A stretch of DNA of 64,000 nt from Candidatus Krumholzibacteriota bacterium (GCA_963806035.1 CAWDWO010000039.1:1-64000), one strand, 5' to 3'; counted from the first letter of the stretch, positions 31,766 to 41,950 are shown. The notes: generated from the letters alone by a model not told the origin. A program made the numbers and translations.

Positions 31766-32017
31766 TTGCAGATTGCAAATCTCCTGACGACGCTGCTGGA
31801 TCTGTACATGCTGGTGCTGCTCGCCCGGGTTCTTTTGAGCTGGGTGAGTCTGGGCCGGCAGCATCCGGTTTCGGTCTGGGTGTACCGGGCCACCGAGCCC
31901 TTGCTTGCACCCATTCGCTCGGTGTTCGGCATCTGGGGAGGATTGGACTTCAGCCCGATCGTGGCCATTCTGATCCTGTCCTTTTTGCGCCGATTGATCG
32001 TGAGGACCTTACTGTAG
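31766..32017 (+). CDS. yggT: YggT/YlmG family membrane protein
   Basis: RVLLSWV, TEPLLAPIR, LDFSPIV; AAGGAG RBS before TTG. Confidence 0.92.
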   Translation: MQIANLLTTLLDLYMLVLLARVLLSWVSLGRQHPVSVWVYRATEPLLAPIRSVFGIWGGLDFSPIVAILILSFLRRLIVRTLL

Positions 32018-32050
32018 GAAGCCCGCCGAGTTCGGGCATGAGGAGGCAGC

Positions 32051-33004
32051 ATGCGCATCACGCCGCTGGACGTTCGCAAACAGGAATTCCGCAAGGGCAT
32101 GCGTGGTCTTGACCCTGAAGAGGTCTACGCGTTTCTCGCTACCGTCGCCGACGAGTACGAGACCGTTCTGACCGACAACCGTCAGCTGCGTGACCGCGTT
32201 CTGGAGCTGGATGAGAAAGTCTCCGAGTACCGAAACATGGAGAAGACGCTGCGCGACACCCTGCTGACGGCGGAGAGAGTCATGGCCGAGGCGCGCGAGA
32301 ACGCCCGCAAAGAGGCCGAACTCATCCTGCGCGACGCGCGGGGACAGGCGCAGCACGAGTCGCAAAACAGTGTCGCGCGGGCCGAGGCCCTGCGCGCTCA
32401 GCTTCGCGAATTGCGGACCCAGCGCGACGCTTTCCTGGCGCGCCTCAAAGGTCTGGCCGAAGCGCAGATCGGTCTGGTGGAGTCCTTCGCGAGCGATTTC
32501 CAGGAGGACGATCGGCGCCTGAGCCATCTTCAGACTTCCACCAACGAGCCGCGCAACGAGGCTCCGAATTTCGAGGAAGCCCCGCACAATTCCGCTCCGC
32601 AGACGCCGCGAAGCGAAGCACTCGAGGCCAAGAACGAGATGCAGAGCGAACTCGAGGCACCCGGAGAAGCGCAGCCCAGCTATTCCTCGAGCGACCAGTG
32701 GCGTGACTACCAGGCTGGCCCACCCTCGGCGGGCCCCGGCGAAAGCGCCGAGGCGAGTCAGGACGTGGAAGAGCACGTGGCGCGCACCGTGGCAGAAATG
32801 GCGCAGGCAGCGGGTGCCGAGTCTGGACAAGAAACGCAATCTATGCCACCTTCCCCTGACTCTGGCGCGGAGCTCTCTGCGAGTTTCGACGCCGAGTCGG
32901 CCGAGGAGGAGCCCCTATCTGCGGCATCCGCCGAGGAGCCCGAGGAGCAGCAGGGTTCGCGCTGGTCCATCTCCCGTTTCACGCGGAGCTTGAGCGAGTT
33001 CTGA
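32051..33004 (+). CDS. divIVA: DivIVA domain protein
   Basis: ITPLDVRKQEFRKGMRGLDPEEV N-terminal domain, coiled coil, acidic tail. Confidence 0.9.
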   Translation: MRITPLDVRKQEFRKGMRGLDPEEVYAFLATVADEYETVLTDNRQLRDRVLELDEKVSEYRNMEKTLRDTLLTAERVMAEARENARKEAELILRDARGQAQHESQNSVARAEALRAQLRELRTQRDAFLARLKGLAEAQIGLVESFASDFQEDDRRLSHLQTSTNEPRNEAPNFEEAPHNSAPQTPRSEALEAKNEMQSELEAPGEAQPSYSSSDQWRDYQAGPPSAGPGESAEASQDVEEHVARTVAEMAQAAGAESGQETQSMPPSPDSGAELSASFDAESAEEEPLSAASAEEPEEQQGSRWSISRFTRSLSEF

Positions 33005-33115
33005 TCTGCTGAAGCGACTCCGCGGATTCTCCACGGCCGGGCCCTTGGGTCCGGTCGTTCCTTTTTTCACGCTTGGCACCGGATTCGTCCGGTGATTGCG
33101 CCCGGGAGGGCGGAG

Positions 33116-33934
33116 ATGCAACTGAGGGAAAAGATTCGGACGGCCGCGGAATTTTTGCGCGGACAATGCTCGAGCAGCCCCGAATTCGGACTCATCCTGG
33201 GAACGGGCCTGGGTAGTCTGGCCGATAAGGTCGACGCGAGCTTGGTGTTGCCCTACGACGAAATTCCCGGCTTCGTCAAGAGCACGGCACTGAGTCACGC
33301 CGGGAACCTCGTTCTGGGAACCCTCGGGGGCAAAGAGGTCATGGCCATGCAGGGTCGTGTCCACTACTACGAGGGCTACTCCATGCAGGAGATCACCCTG
33401 CCGGTGCGCGTGATGCGCGCCATGGGCTGCCACTCGCTCATCATGAGCAACGCGGTGGGGAGCATGAATCCCAACATCGTTCCGGGACACATCGGGGTCC
33501 TGGTCGATCACATCAATCTCATGGGGGACAATCCCCTCATCGGCCCCAACGACGACGAGCTCGGTCCGCGCTTTCCCGACATGTCGCAGCCCTATGATCG
33601 CGAGTACATCGAGCGCGCGGTCGAGGTGGCGCTCTCGATGAAACTCCAACTGCACAAGGCGGTGTACGCGGCGGTGGCCGGCCCCAACTTGGAAACCGCC
33701 GCTGAGTACCGTTTTCTGCGTGCAGCGGGGGCCGATCTGGTGGGCATGTCGATGGTTCCGGAGAATCTGGCCGCGGTGCATGGCGGCATGCGGGTCTTGG
33801 GCCTGAGCGTGGTAACCGACATGGGCCTGGCCGACGCGCTCAAGCCGGCCGAAGTGGAAAAGATCATCGCGATCGCCAACAGTACCGAACCGCGACTCTC
33901 GGAATTCGTCACGCGGTTTCTTCAGGCTTCCTGA
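33116..33934 (+). CDS. Purine-nucleoside phosphorylase (trimeric type)
   Basis: LILGTGLG, MQGRVHYYEG, DHINL, GPRFPDMS, GPNLET, VGMS. Confidence 0.95.
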   Translation: MQLREKIRTAAEFLRGQCSSSPEFGLILGTGLGSLADKVDASLVLPYDEIPGFVKSTALSHAGNLVLGTLGGKEVMAMQGRVHYYEGYSMQEITLPVRVMRAMGCHSLIMSNAVGSMNPNIVPGHIGVLVDHINLMGDNPLIGPNDDELGPRFPDMSQPYDREYIERAVEVALSMKLQLHKAVYAAVAGPNLETAAEYRFLRAAGADLVGMSMVPENLAAVHGGMRVLGLSVVTDMGLADALKPAEVEKIIAIANSTEPRLSEFVTRFLQAS

Positions 33935-33945
33935 AGGAGTTCGGG

Positions 33946-36900
33946 ATGAACCAGGCTGCTGGCCAATTCTCTCCTTATCCCGAAACGCTGGGGGGAAACG
34001 ACACCCCGGGCGCCGAGGAACGGGTGCGCGAGTTCTGGCGCGAGAACGATGTCTTCGTTCGCAGCGAACGCGGCCGCAGGGATCGACCCGACTTCGTCTT
34101 TTACGAGGGCCCTCCGACTGCCAACGGACGTCCCGGCGTGCACCACGTCATCAGTCGGCTGATCAAGGACATCTTCTGCCGTTACAAGACGATGACGGGG
34201 CATCACGTGCTCCGCAAGGCGGGCTGGGACACGCACGGCCTGCCGGTGGAAATCGAGGTCGAGCGGCAGCTCGGACTCAAGAACAAAGAAGCCGTCGAGG
34301 AATTCGGGATCGAAGAATTCAACGCTCGCTGCCGCGAGTCGGTCTTCACCTACAAACGCGAGTGGGACGAATTCACCGCAGGCATCGGCTTCTGGCTCGA
34401 CCTGGACAACCCTTACGTCACCTACGAGAACGACTACATCGAGTCGGTCTGGTGGCTCCTGAAATCGATCTGGGACAAGGGGCTGCTCTATCGGGGTTAC
34501 AAGGTCGTGCCCTACTGCGCGCGTTGCGAGACCGCGCTCTCCAGTCACGAAGTGGCTCAAGGGTACAAGGACGTCGACGATCCCTCCGTCACCGTGCGGA
34601 TGAAGGTGAAGGGAAGAGACGATCGTTACTTCCTGGTGTGGACCACCACGCCCTGGACCCTTCCCGCCAACGTCGCGCTCGCGGTGGGCGAGGAAATCGA
34701 TTACGTGGCGGTGCGTCACGAAGGCCAGACCCTCATTCTGGCCGAGGCGCGACTGAATGATCTCTTCGGCGAAGAGACTCCCGAAATCGTGGAGCGGATG
34801 AAGGGAAAGGAACTCCTCGGCCTCGAGTACGATCAGCTCATTCCGGTTCTGATAACCGATCGTCCCGCGTTCCGCGTGGTTGCGGCCGATTTCGTGAGCA
34901 CCGAAGACGGCACCGGGATCGTCCACATGGCGCCCGCCTACGGCGAGGACGACTACCGCATCGGCCAGCAAGAGAACCTGCCTACCCTGCATCCGGTCGG
35001 CAAGGACGGCCGCTTCACCGAGGAGCTGGCGCCCTACGCGGGGCTCTTCGTCAAAGATGCCGACAAGAAAATCATCGCCGATCTCAAGTCGGATGGACGG
35101 CTCTTCCAGCAGAAGCAGATCCGTCACAGTTATCCGCATTGCTGGCGTTGTCACACTCCGCTCCTGTATTACGCGCGCGATTCCTGGTACATCCGCACCA
35201 CCGCGATGAAGGATGAGCTGATGGCGGCCAACGCGGCGGTGAACTGGGTGCCCACCGGTGTGGGTCGCGAGCGCTTCGGCGACTGGCTGGAAAACAACGT
35301 CGACTGGGCGCTTTCGCGGGACCGATTTTGGGGGACTCCGCTTCCGATCTGGGAGTGCGAATGCGGCCAGCGACTTTGCATCGGATCGCGAGAGGAGCTG
35401 CGGGCGGCTGGAGGCAGCGTACCCGAGGATCTTCATCGCCCCTTCATCGATCGCGTGCTGCTTTCCTGTCCCGAATGCAAGAAGGAGATGCAGCGCACTT
35501 CGGAAGTCATCGACGTCTGGTTCGATTCCGGTGCCATGCCCTATGCACAGTGGCACTATCCCTTCGAGAACAAGGAGCAGTTCGAGCACCAGTTTCCGGC
35601 CGATTTCATTTCGGAAGGTATGGATCAGACTCGCGGGTGGTTCTACAGCCTCTTGGCCATCGCCACCATGGTGAGCGGGAGGAGTTCGTACAACAACGTT
35701 CTCACCATCGGGCTCATCCTGGACAAGAACGGCCACAAGATGTCCAAGAGCCGCGGCAACGCCGTCGACCCCATCGAAATTCTCAAGAAGGAGGGCGCCG
35801 ATCCCTTGCGCTGGTATCTGGCCAGCGTCTCTCCGGCATACGCTCCGACTCGTTTCGATCTGGAAGGAGTGCGGGAGAGCCGCCGCAAGGTGTTGGGAAC
35901 CCTGGAGAACGTCTTCGCGTTCTTCACGCTCTACGCAAACCTCGAAAAGTACGCCGCGCAGAGCGTGGAAGATCCGGCCTCGCTCTCCGATCAACTCGAC
36001 CGCTGGATCCTGAGCCGCTATTTCGCGATCGTGGAAGAGGTCAGCGAGAGTCTTCAGGCCTGGGACGCCACGCGCGCCGCCCGTTCGCTCGGAGCGTTCA
36101 TCGTGGATGAGCTGAGCAATTGGTACGTGCGAAGGAGCCGGCGCCGCTTCTGGAAGAGCGAGATGGGGCCGGACAAGCGTGCCGCCTTCGACACCCTGTA
36201 CACCGTGCTCGAAGGAGTCTCGCGTCTCCTGGCTCCTTTCGTACCGTTCATGGCGGAGAGGCTCTACCGAGGGTTGCATCCCGCCGGCCTGAACCCCGAG
36301 CTTCAGAGCGTCCATCTCGCGCCCTGGCCCGACTCTCGTCACGAGTCGCGCTCGCAGGAACTCGAGGAGAGCATGGCCGCGGTGCTGCAGGTGGTGAGCC
36401 TGGGTCGCAGCTTGCGCAGCGCCCATGAGCTGAAGGTGCGTCAGCCTTTGCGCGAGGGCCTGGTCTTCGGGCGCAGTCCCGTGCTGAGGCGCGCGGTCGA
36501 GGCCAACGAGTACGCGGAGCTCATCGAGGACGAATTGAATCTCAAGCACATCGCCTGGCTCGAAGATCCCACGCGGGTGGCCAAGGTCACGGCCAAGGCC
36601 AATTTCCGCGAGCTGGGGGCTCGCTTCGGCAAGAAGACCCCGCTCATCGCCAAGCAGATCGCCGCCCTGAACGCCGAGGCCCTGGGCCATCTGCGGGATC
36701 AGCAGAGCCTCACTCTGGAACTCGAGGGCGAGAAGATCGAGCTGCGTCCGCAGGAGGTCTTCATCCAGGAGGAAGGCCTGAAGGGCTATGTGACGGCCAG
36801 CGAAAGGGATTGCATGCTGGCCTTAAACATCCAACTTGACGAGTCCCTGCGCCGGGAGGGTCTGGCCCGGGAACTCGTCAACCGCATCCAGAATTTGAGG

Positions 36901-37113
36901 AAGGAAGCGGGGCTCGCGGTTTCCGATCGGATCTCCTTATATGTGGGCGGCGAAGGAGAAGTGGAATCGGCATTTTCCGACCACCAGCGCCACGTTTGCG
37001 AGGAGACCTTGGCCAGCGATTTGGCCGATTCGGTGCCCGAGGGCGCCGCCAGTGAGACCTTTGAAATCGACGGCCACTCGGCCGTCATAGCTTTGATCCG
37101 GGCCGAAAGCTAG
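33946..37113 (+). CDS. ileS: Isoleucine-tRNA ligase (IleRS2-like)
   Basis: FYEGPPTANGRPGVHH, GWDTHGLP, WTTTPWTLP, KMSKS, EGLARELVNRIQ. Confidence 0.97.
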   Translation: MNQAAGQFSPYPETLGGNDTPGAEERVREFWRENDVFVRSERGRRDRPDFVFYEGPPTANGRPGVHHVISRLIKDIFCRYKTMTGHHVLRKAGWDTHGLPVEIEVERQLGLKNKEAVEEFGIEEFNARCRESVFTYKREWDEFTAGIGFWLDLDNPYVTYENDYIESVWWLLKSIWDKGLLYRGYKVVPYCARCETALSSHEVAQGYKDVDDPSVTVRMKVKGRDDRYFLVWTTTPWTLPANVALAVGEEIDYVAVRHEGQTLILAEARLNDLFGEETPEIVERMKGKELLGLEYDQLIPVLITDRPAFRVVAADFVSTEDGTGIVHMAPAYGEDDYRIGQQENLPTLHPVGKDGRFTEELAPYAGLFVKDADKKIIADLKSDGRLFQQKQIRHSYPHCWRCHTPLLYYARDSWYIRTTAMKDELMAANAAVNWVPTGVGRERFGDWLENNVDWALSRDRFWGTPLPIWECECGQRLCIGSREELRAAGGSVPEDLHRPFIDRVLLSCPECKKEMQRTSEVIDVWFDSGAMPYAQWHYPFENKEQFEHQFPADFISEGMDQTRGWFYSLLAIATMVSGRSSYNNVLTIGLILDKNGHKMSKSRGNAVDPIEILKKEGADPLRWYLASVSPAYAPTRFDLEGVRESRRKVLGTLENVFAFFTLYANLEKYAAQSVEDPASLSDQLDRWILSRYFAIVEEVSESLQAWDATRAARSLGAFIVDELSNWYVRRSRRRFWKSEMGPDKRAAFDTLYTVLEGVSRLLAPFVPFMAERLYRGLHPAGLNPELQSVHLAPWPDSRHESRSQELEESMAAVLQVVSLGRSLRSAHELKVRQPLREGLVFGRSPVLRRAVEANEYAELIEDELNLKHIAWLEDPTRVAKVTAKANFRELGARFGKKTPLIAKQIAALNAEALGHLRDQQSLTLELEGEKIELRPQEVFIQEEGLKGYVTASERDCMLALNIQLDESLRREGLARELVNRIQNLRKEAGLAVSDRISLYVGGEGEVESAFSDHQRHVCEETLASDLADSVPEGAASETFEIDGHSAVIALIRAES

Positions 37114-37145
37114 GCCCCCAATCCGGAACGGCTGTAAGGAGAACC

Positions 37146-37511
37146 ATGCGCACGCGAGATCTGGAGAAGTACCGCAGCCTCCTCCTCGAGGAGCGGGAAC
37201 GTATTCTCGAGAGCATCAAGGAGCACGATAGCCAGGTCCGTCAGTACGATGAGATCGAGGGTCGAGTGCACAGCAACCACATGGCAGATCAGGGTACGGA
37301 CGAGTTCCGGCATGAGCAGGCCATCCGACTGTTGCAGAGCGAGAATCGCTATCTCTACCGCATCGAGGACGCGATTCAGCGCATCGAAGACGGCACCTAC
37401 GGCAAATGCGAACTCTGTGGCACGACCATTTCCACCAAACGTCTCACCGCGCTGCCCTATACGCGCTTCTGCATCGATTGCGCCGAGAAGGAAGACCGTA
37501 AGCGCGGATGA
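37146..37511 (+). CDS. DksA/TraR family C4 zinc-finger protein
   Basis: NHMADQGTD coiled-coil tip; GTYGKCELC...RL...P...CIDC. Confidence 0.9.
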   Translation: MRTRDLEKYRSLLLEERERILESIKEHDSQVRQYDEIEGRVHSNHMADQGTDEFRHEQAIRLLQSENRYLYRIEDAIQRIEDGTYGKCELCGTTISTKRLTALPYTRFCIDCAEKEDRKRG

Positions 37512-38026
37512 TCCGCATGCGCTCCACCAGCAGCTACGGGCTTGCCGCCGGGTTGCTCGTGCTCGACTTCTTGGCCAAGAGGTTCGTACTGGCGCATCAG
37601 GAAACCTTCCGCGCCGGGATTCCCCTGATCGATGGCATTCTACGCTTCACCTACGTGCGCAATGCCGGCGCCGCTTTCGGCATCTTGCAGGGGGGGCGCT
37701 GGCCCTTCGTGGTGGTGTCGATTGCCGCGATTCTCGCCCTCAGCTTCGTCCTGTGGAAGGGGAGCCGCTCTCGTCTGCGTGGCACTTCCTACGGGCTCAT
37801 TCTCGGCGGTGCGGCGGGAAACCTGGTCGATCGCCTCTTCTATGGCGGAAGGGTGGTCGACTTCATCGAGATGAGCTGGCGTGGCCACGTCTTTCCCGTC
37901 TACAACTTCGCGGACATGGGAGTGAGTATCGGAGCCGCGATACTGATCCTCGCATTGCTGATGGACAAAGAGGAAGAACCGCCGCCCGCACTACAAGAGC
38001 AAGAGCCTCCTGCTCATGAGGAATGA
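37508..38026 (+). CDS. lspA: Lipoprotein signal peptidase II
   Basis: NAGAAFG, GGAAGNLVDR, VVDFI, YNFADM. Confidence 0.95.
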   Translation: MIRMRSTSSYGLAAGLLVLDFLAKRFVLAHQETFRAGIPLIDGILRFTYVRNAGAAFGILQGGRWPFVVVSIAAILALSFVLWKGSRSRLRGTSYGLILGGAAGNLVDRLFYGGRVVDFIEMSWRGHVFPVYNFADMGVSIGAAILILALLMDKEEEPPPALQEQEPPAHEE

Positions 38027-38984
38027 GCCGCAGCGCAAGCGCGCCGTGGCCGGCGAGGAAGACGCGGGCGAGAGGCTCGATCTCTGGCTCGCCAGGACCG
38101 ACGGTGAGCTCTCCCGCTCCCGCATCCAGAAGCTCATCGCGGCCGGCGCAGTGCGCGTGCGAGGAGAGCTGAAGCCGGCGCGACATCGCCTCGCGGCAGG
38201 GGATCTGGTGGAGTGGGAGATTCCGCCGACGCAACCCAGCACGATGGCGGCCGAGGCGGAGGTAGTATTCCGCATCGTCCATGAGGATCAGGATCTCGCG
38301 GTCATCGACAAGCCCGCGGGCCTGGTCGTGCATCCCGCCCCCGGCCACGCGGAGGGAACCCTGGTGCACGGGCTCCTGGCGCAGCTGGATGGCCTGAGTG
38401 GAGTGGGGGGGGTCGAGCGCCCGGGGATCGTCCATCGCCTGGACAAGGACACCTCCGGTCTCATGGTGGTGGCCAAGAACGACCGCTGCCACCGGCAGCT
38501 GCAGGCGCAGCTCTCCGATCACAGTCTACACCGCGTCTACCGGGCCATCTGTTGGGGAGTCCCCGAACCCGCGGAGGGCGAGATCGAGCTCCCGGTCGGC
38601 CGCCATCCGCGCGACCGCAAGCGGCAGGCGGTGGTGCCCGGCGGCCGCGCCGCTCACACCAAATACTGGGTGGAGGAGGACCTCGCCGGTGCGGCGCTCG
38701 TGCGCCTGCGTCTCTTCACCGGGAGAACCCACCAGATCCGCGTCCATCTCGCCCATGGCGGGCACCCCCTGTTGGCGGACGAGCTCTACGGCGGTGGCAC
38801 GCGCCGTCTCAAGGGAGCCCAGCCTTCGCGGCGCAGCGCGCTCAGCGCGGCGCTCTCCGCTCTCGGTCGCCAGGCGCTCCACGCGGCGGAACTGGCCTTC
38901 GTGCACCCGGGAAGCGGGGAGGAAGTTCGTTTTCTCTCGCCCCTGCCCCAGGACTTCGAGGCGGCCTTGAAGTGCCTTCGCTAG
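38016..38984 (+). CDS. rluD: RluA/RluD family pseudouridine synthase
   Basis: S4 domain; KPAGLVVHP, IVHRLDKDTSG, TGRTHQIRVH, QALHA. Confidence 0.93.
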   Translation: MRNEPQRKRAVAGEEDAGERLDLWLARTDGELSRSRIQKLIAAGAVRVRGELKPARHRLAAGDLVEWEIPPTQPSTMAAEAEVVFRIVHEDQDLAVIDKPAGLVVHPAPGHAEGTLVHGLLAQLDGLSGVGGVERPGIVHRLDKDTSGLMVVAKNDRCHRQLQAQLSDHSLHRVYRAICWGVPEPAEGEIELPVGRHPRDRKRQAVVPGGRAAHTKYWVEEDLAGAALVRLRLFTGRTHQIRVHLAHGGHPLLADELYGGGTRRLKGAQPSRRSALSAALSALGRQALHAAELAFVHPGSGEEVRFLSPLPQDFEAALKCLR

Positions 38985-39143
38985 ACTTCGGTTGTTTCCG
39001 TGGGGCTGGACAGTCTCTGGCCCAACCGCTACGCTCCTCTCCACTTCGGAGGCTTCGGCCGGACCGGAGACGAGTCGAAGGATGCAAGGACACCGCTAGC
39101 GGGGAATCCGGGCCGAGAGAATGTATGGAAAGGACGTAGGTCG

Positions 39144-39488
39144 ATGAAGATCAAGGAGCGCGAGCGTGATGGCGTGGTGGTTCTCGAGGTCAGCGGTAAG
39201 ATCATGGGGGGCCCCGATTCGGAGCTTTTTTCCACGACTCTGAAGTCTCTGGTTCACGAGAAGAAATTCAGAGTCCTCGTGGATCTCGGAAATGTCACTT
39301 GGGTGAACTCCACCGGGCTGGGAATCTTGATATCGGGTTATTCCACCATGAAGCGGAACAACGGTGAAATGAAACTGGTCAACGTTTCGGACCGTATCGA
39401 CAGTATCTTCATGGTGACCAAACTTTACTCGGTCTTCGATTCGTTCAAGACCGAGGATGAGGCCATCGCCAGTTTCGCTGTCGAGTAG
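39144..39488 (+). CDS. STAS-domain anti-sigma factor antagonist
   Basis: VDLGNVTWVNSTGLGIL with the phosphorylatable Ser. Confidence 0.9.
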   Translation: MKIKERERDGVVVLEVSGKIMGGPDSELFSTTLKSLVHEKKFRVLVDLGNVTWVNSTGLGILISGYSTMKRNNGEMKLVNVSDRIDSIFMVTKLYSVFDSFKTEDEAIASFAVE

Positions 39489-39531
39489 GAAGCACCCTTT
39501 TCCCCGATCCCCCCTGCTGAAGAAGAGACGC

Positions 39532-39960
39532 GTGAAGATCGAACTGACGATTCCGAGCTCCCACATGATGTTGGGGATTCCCGACGCGGTGATCCAAGAA
39601 CTTGGCTCCGAGCTGTCGTTCTCCCAGGCCGAGTTGGACGAGCTCTCAACCTCAGTGATCGAGGGCTGCACCAACGCGCTCGAACACGGCAACCACATGA
39701 AGTCCGAGACGCCGGTTCGTATCGCCATCGACTTCGAACGCACCCGGATCGAAGTGACGATCTACGACGAGGGCCCGGGCTTCGACTTCGAGAGCATCGA
39801 CTTTTCGCAGGAACCGGCCGACTTGATGCAGGAGCGAGGTCGCGGGATCTACATCATGTTCACCTACTGTGACGAATTGAGCTTCTCGCGCAATAATGGA
39901 ACGTTCGCCGTCAAGATGGTCAAGACGGCCAAGGAGAGTTCCGGCAAGAGCGAAAGCTGA
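39532..39960 (+). CDS. RsbW/SpoIIAB-like anti-sigma kinase
   Basis: EGCTNALEHGN, DEGPGF, GRGIYIM. Confidence 0.9.
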   Translation: MKIELTIPSSHMMLGIPDAVIQELGSELSFSQAELDELSTSVIEGCTNALEHGNHMKSETPVRIAIDFERTRIEVTIYDEGPGFDFESIDFSQEPADLMQERGRGIYIMFTYCDELSFSRNNGTFAVKMVKTAKESSGKSES

Positions 39961-39979
39961 GGCGTGCCTGGAGGATGGC

Positions 39980-40417
39980 ATGGCAGTGATCCTCGCTCTC
40001 GATCCCGGACTTCGCCGGACTGGAATCGCTCTGTGTGATCCCACCGGAACTCTGGCGCGCCCCCTTCTCACTCACGATCGCCGCAACGATGGTTCGCTCT
40101 TGGAACTCGTCGCATCCCTGTGCGAGGAGCATTCGGTGGAGAGGGTGCTGGTGGGACTGCCCCTGACTCAGATGAACGAGGAGGGAGCCACCGCGCAGGC
40201 CGCGCGTGGCCTGGCGGAGAAGATCCACGCGCGGGTGAAGCTCCCCGTCGAGCTCGTGGACGAGCGCTATAGCAGCCTCGAGGCTGACCGAGTACTGGCC
40301 GGCAAGAAAGCGCCCAAGGGTCGCCGCGACGCCGTGGCCGCCGCTCTCATTCTTCAGACCTGGTTGGATGCCCCCGGGCACGAAGGCTCCCCGACTCCCC
40401 AAGAGCCCGCTTCATGA
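39980..40417 (+). CDS. yqgF: YqgF/RuvX family nuclease
   Basis: LALDPGLRRTGIA, LVGLP, DERYSS, DAVAAALILQ. Confidence 0.92.
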   Translation: MAVILALDPGLRRTGIALCDPTGTLARPLLTHDRRNDGSLLELVASLCEEHSVERVLVGLPLTQMNEEGATAQAARGLAEKIHARVKLPVELVDERYSSLEADRVLAGKKAPKGRRDAVAAALILQTWLDAPGHEGSPTPQEPAS

Positions 40418-41448
40418 GGAACGCGCGCGTCAGGATCTTCCTTCTGGTCGCCCTCGCCCTGGCTCTCTCGGCCATGGCTGTGATCCACGGCCTTTTGTAC
40501 GAGGAGCGCGAGGAAGGGGGGGGTGCCACACACCGAATCGAAATTCCCTCGGGTACGAGCGTACGCGGGGCCGCGACGCGAATGGCCGAGGCGGGATTGC
40601 TCGACGCTCCCTGGAAGCTACGCGCCGTGTACTGGTTGCAGGGTGCCCGGCGCACGATCAAGGCGGGGACCTACGAGATCCGGACAGGACAGAGTCCAGC
40701 CGCCCTGCTCGCGATCCTGGAATCGGGTCGGGTAGCCTCGGTCGAACTCACGATCCCCGAGGGCTTGAGTTTTGAAGCAAGCTGTAAGCTGCTCGCGGAT
40801 AGTCTCGCCTTGAACGAGGACAGTCTATTGGCTCTATGCGAGCGGCCGCCCGCGGAGTGGAGCCGTGAGCTGAATTTACCGGCGGGCGCGACTCTCGAGG
40901 GCTATCTCTATCCGGAGACCTATCGTTTCGATCTGGGGGTGAGCGCCCCCGAGGTGTTGCAGACGATGATCAGGGGATTTCTGAGAGTCTTCGACGAACC
41001 CCTGCGTGCCGCCACGGACAGCATCGGATTCAGCGTGCATCAGGTGGTGACCTTGGCCTCGATCGTGGAAGCGGAGACGGGGGTGCCCTCAGAGCGCGCC
41101 AAAGTATCCGCCGTGTATCACAATCGATTGGCGAAGCACTGGAAACTCGAGGCCGATCCCACTGTTTCCTATGCAACGGGAATTCCCGGGGAGAAACTGA
41201 GTACCAAAGATCTCAAGTTCGATTCGCCCTACAACACCTACCGCTATTACGGCTTGCCGCCGGGACCCATCGACAGTCCGGGGAAGGCGGCGCTTTTGGC
41301 AGCGGTGCATCCCGAGAAGGGTTTCGAGGCGATGTACTTCGTGGCCGACGGAAAGGGCGGGCATGTATTCAGCCGCACCTGGCAGGAGCACCGGGCCGCA
41401 GTCCGGGCCTATCGCTCCGCCCGGCGCGCCGGGGGGAATCAGAGGTAA
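40414..41448 (+). CDS. mltG: Endolytic transglycosylase MltG
   Basis: TIPEG, LEGYLYPETY, LASIVEAE, LEADPT, SPYNTY, GLPPGPI. Confidence 0.95.
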   Translation: MRNARVRIFLLVALALALSAMAVIHGLLYEEREEGGGATHRIEIPSGTSVRGAATRMAEAGLLDAPWKLRAVYWLQGARRTIKAGTYEIRTGQSPAALLAILESGRVASVELTIPEGLSFEASCKLLADSLALNEDSLLALCERPPAEWSRELNLPAGATLEGYLYPETYRFDLGVSAPEVLQTMIRGFLRVFDEPLRAATDSIGFSVHQVVTLASIVEAETGVPSERAKVSAVYHNRLAKHWKLEADPTVSYATGIPGEKLSTKDLKFDSPYNTYRYYGLPPGPIDSPGKAALLAAVHPEKGFEAMYFVADGKGGHVFSRTWQEHRAAVRAYRSARRAGGNQR

Positions 41449-41508
41449 GCTTGACGGCAGCCCCGCGTTTCTCTAGCGTGACGGCCGGCCGAGGAGGGAT
41501 GAACGACC

Positions 41509-41685
41509 GTGAATTGGAAGCGTGATCACTGGCTTTTCTTGGGCCTTTCCTCGATCGTGTTGGGCTTCTTGCTCCTGGGGCTCTTTCGTAGCACGACGAT
41601 GTCCAGCATTCTCCTGGTCGTCGGCTACTGCGTGCTCGTACCGGCCTATCTGTGGACGCGCTACCGCGGAGACGTGGGCGAATAG
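41509..41685 (+). CDS. Small two-TM membrane protein (58 aa; absent from ORF track)
   Basis: MNWKRDHWLFLGLSSIVLGFLLLGLFRSTTMSSILLVVGYCVLVPAYLWTRYRGDVGE; GAGGAGG upstream; promoter-like TTGACG-17-TAGCGT at 41451-41479. Confidence 0.65.
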   Translation: MNWKRDHWLFLGLSSIVLGFLLLGLFRSTTMSSILLVVGYCVLVPAYLWTRYRGDVGE

Positions 41686-41752
41686 CTCAGCTGGTTAGAG
41701 CACCTGCCTTACAAGCAGGGGGTCACAGGTTCGAGTCCTGTTTCGCCCACCA
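41676..41752 (+). tRNA. tRNA-Val (TAC)
   Basis: Acceptor GGGCGAA/TTCGCCC, anticodon arm CCTGC-CT-TAC-AA-GCAGG, GGTTCGAGTCC, CCA. Confidence 0.97.
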
Positions 41753-41950
41753 CTCCTTCGAGCCCCACGTCCCGCCTCTCCGATTCTTCTTCCCGCACTT
41801 GCCCGGCGGCCGCCCCCTCCAGCGCCCGCGGATGAGAGGGATTTCCTGCCACTTTGGAAGCTCGCCCACGCGCTCCGCCGAGAGTCCGAGAACTCTCCTA
41901 ACTTTAACGAAAGCCATATCTTACTCACATCGACCCCGCGATATACGAGG

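Noticed and set aside
33922..36690. 922-aa antisense ORF
   Set aside because: Shadow of ileS caused by high-GC codon bias; no motifs
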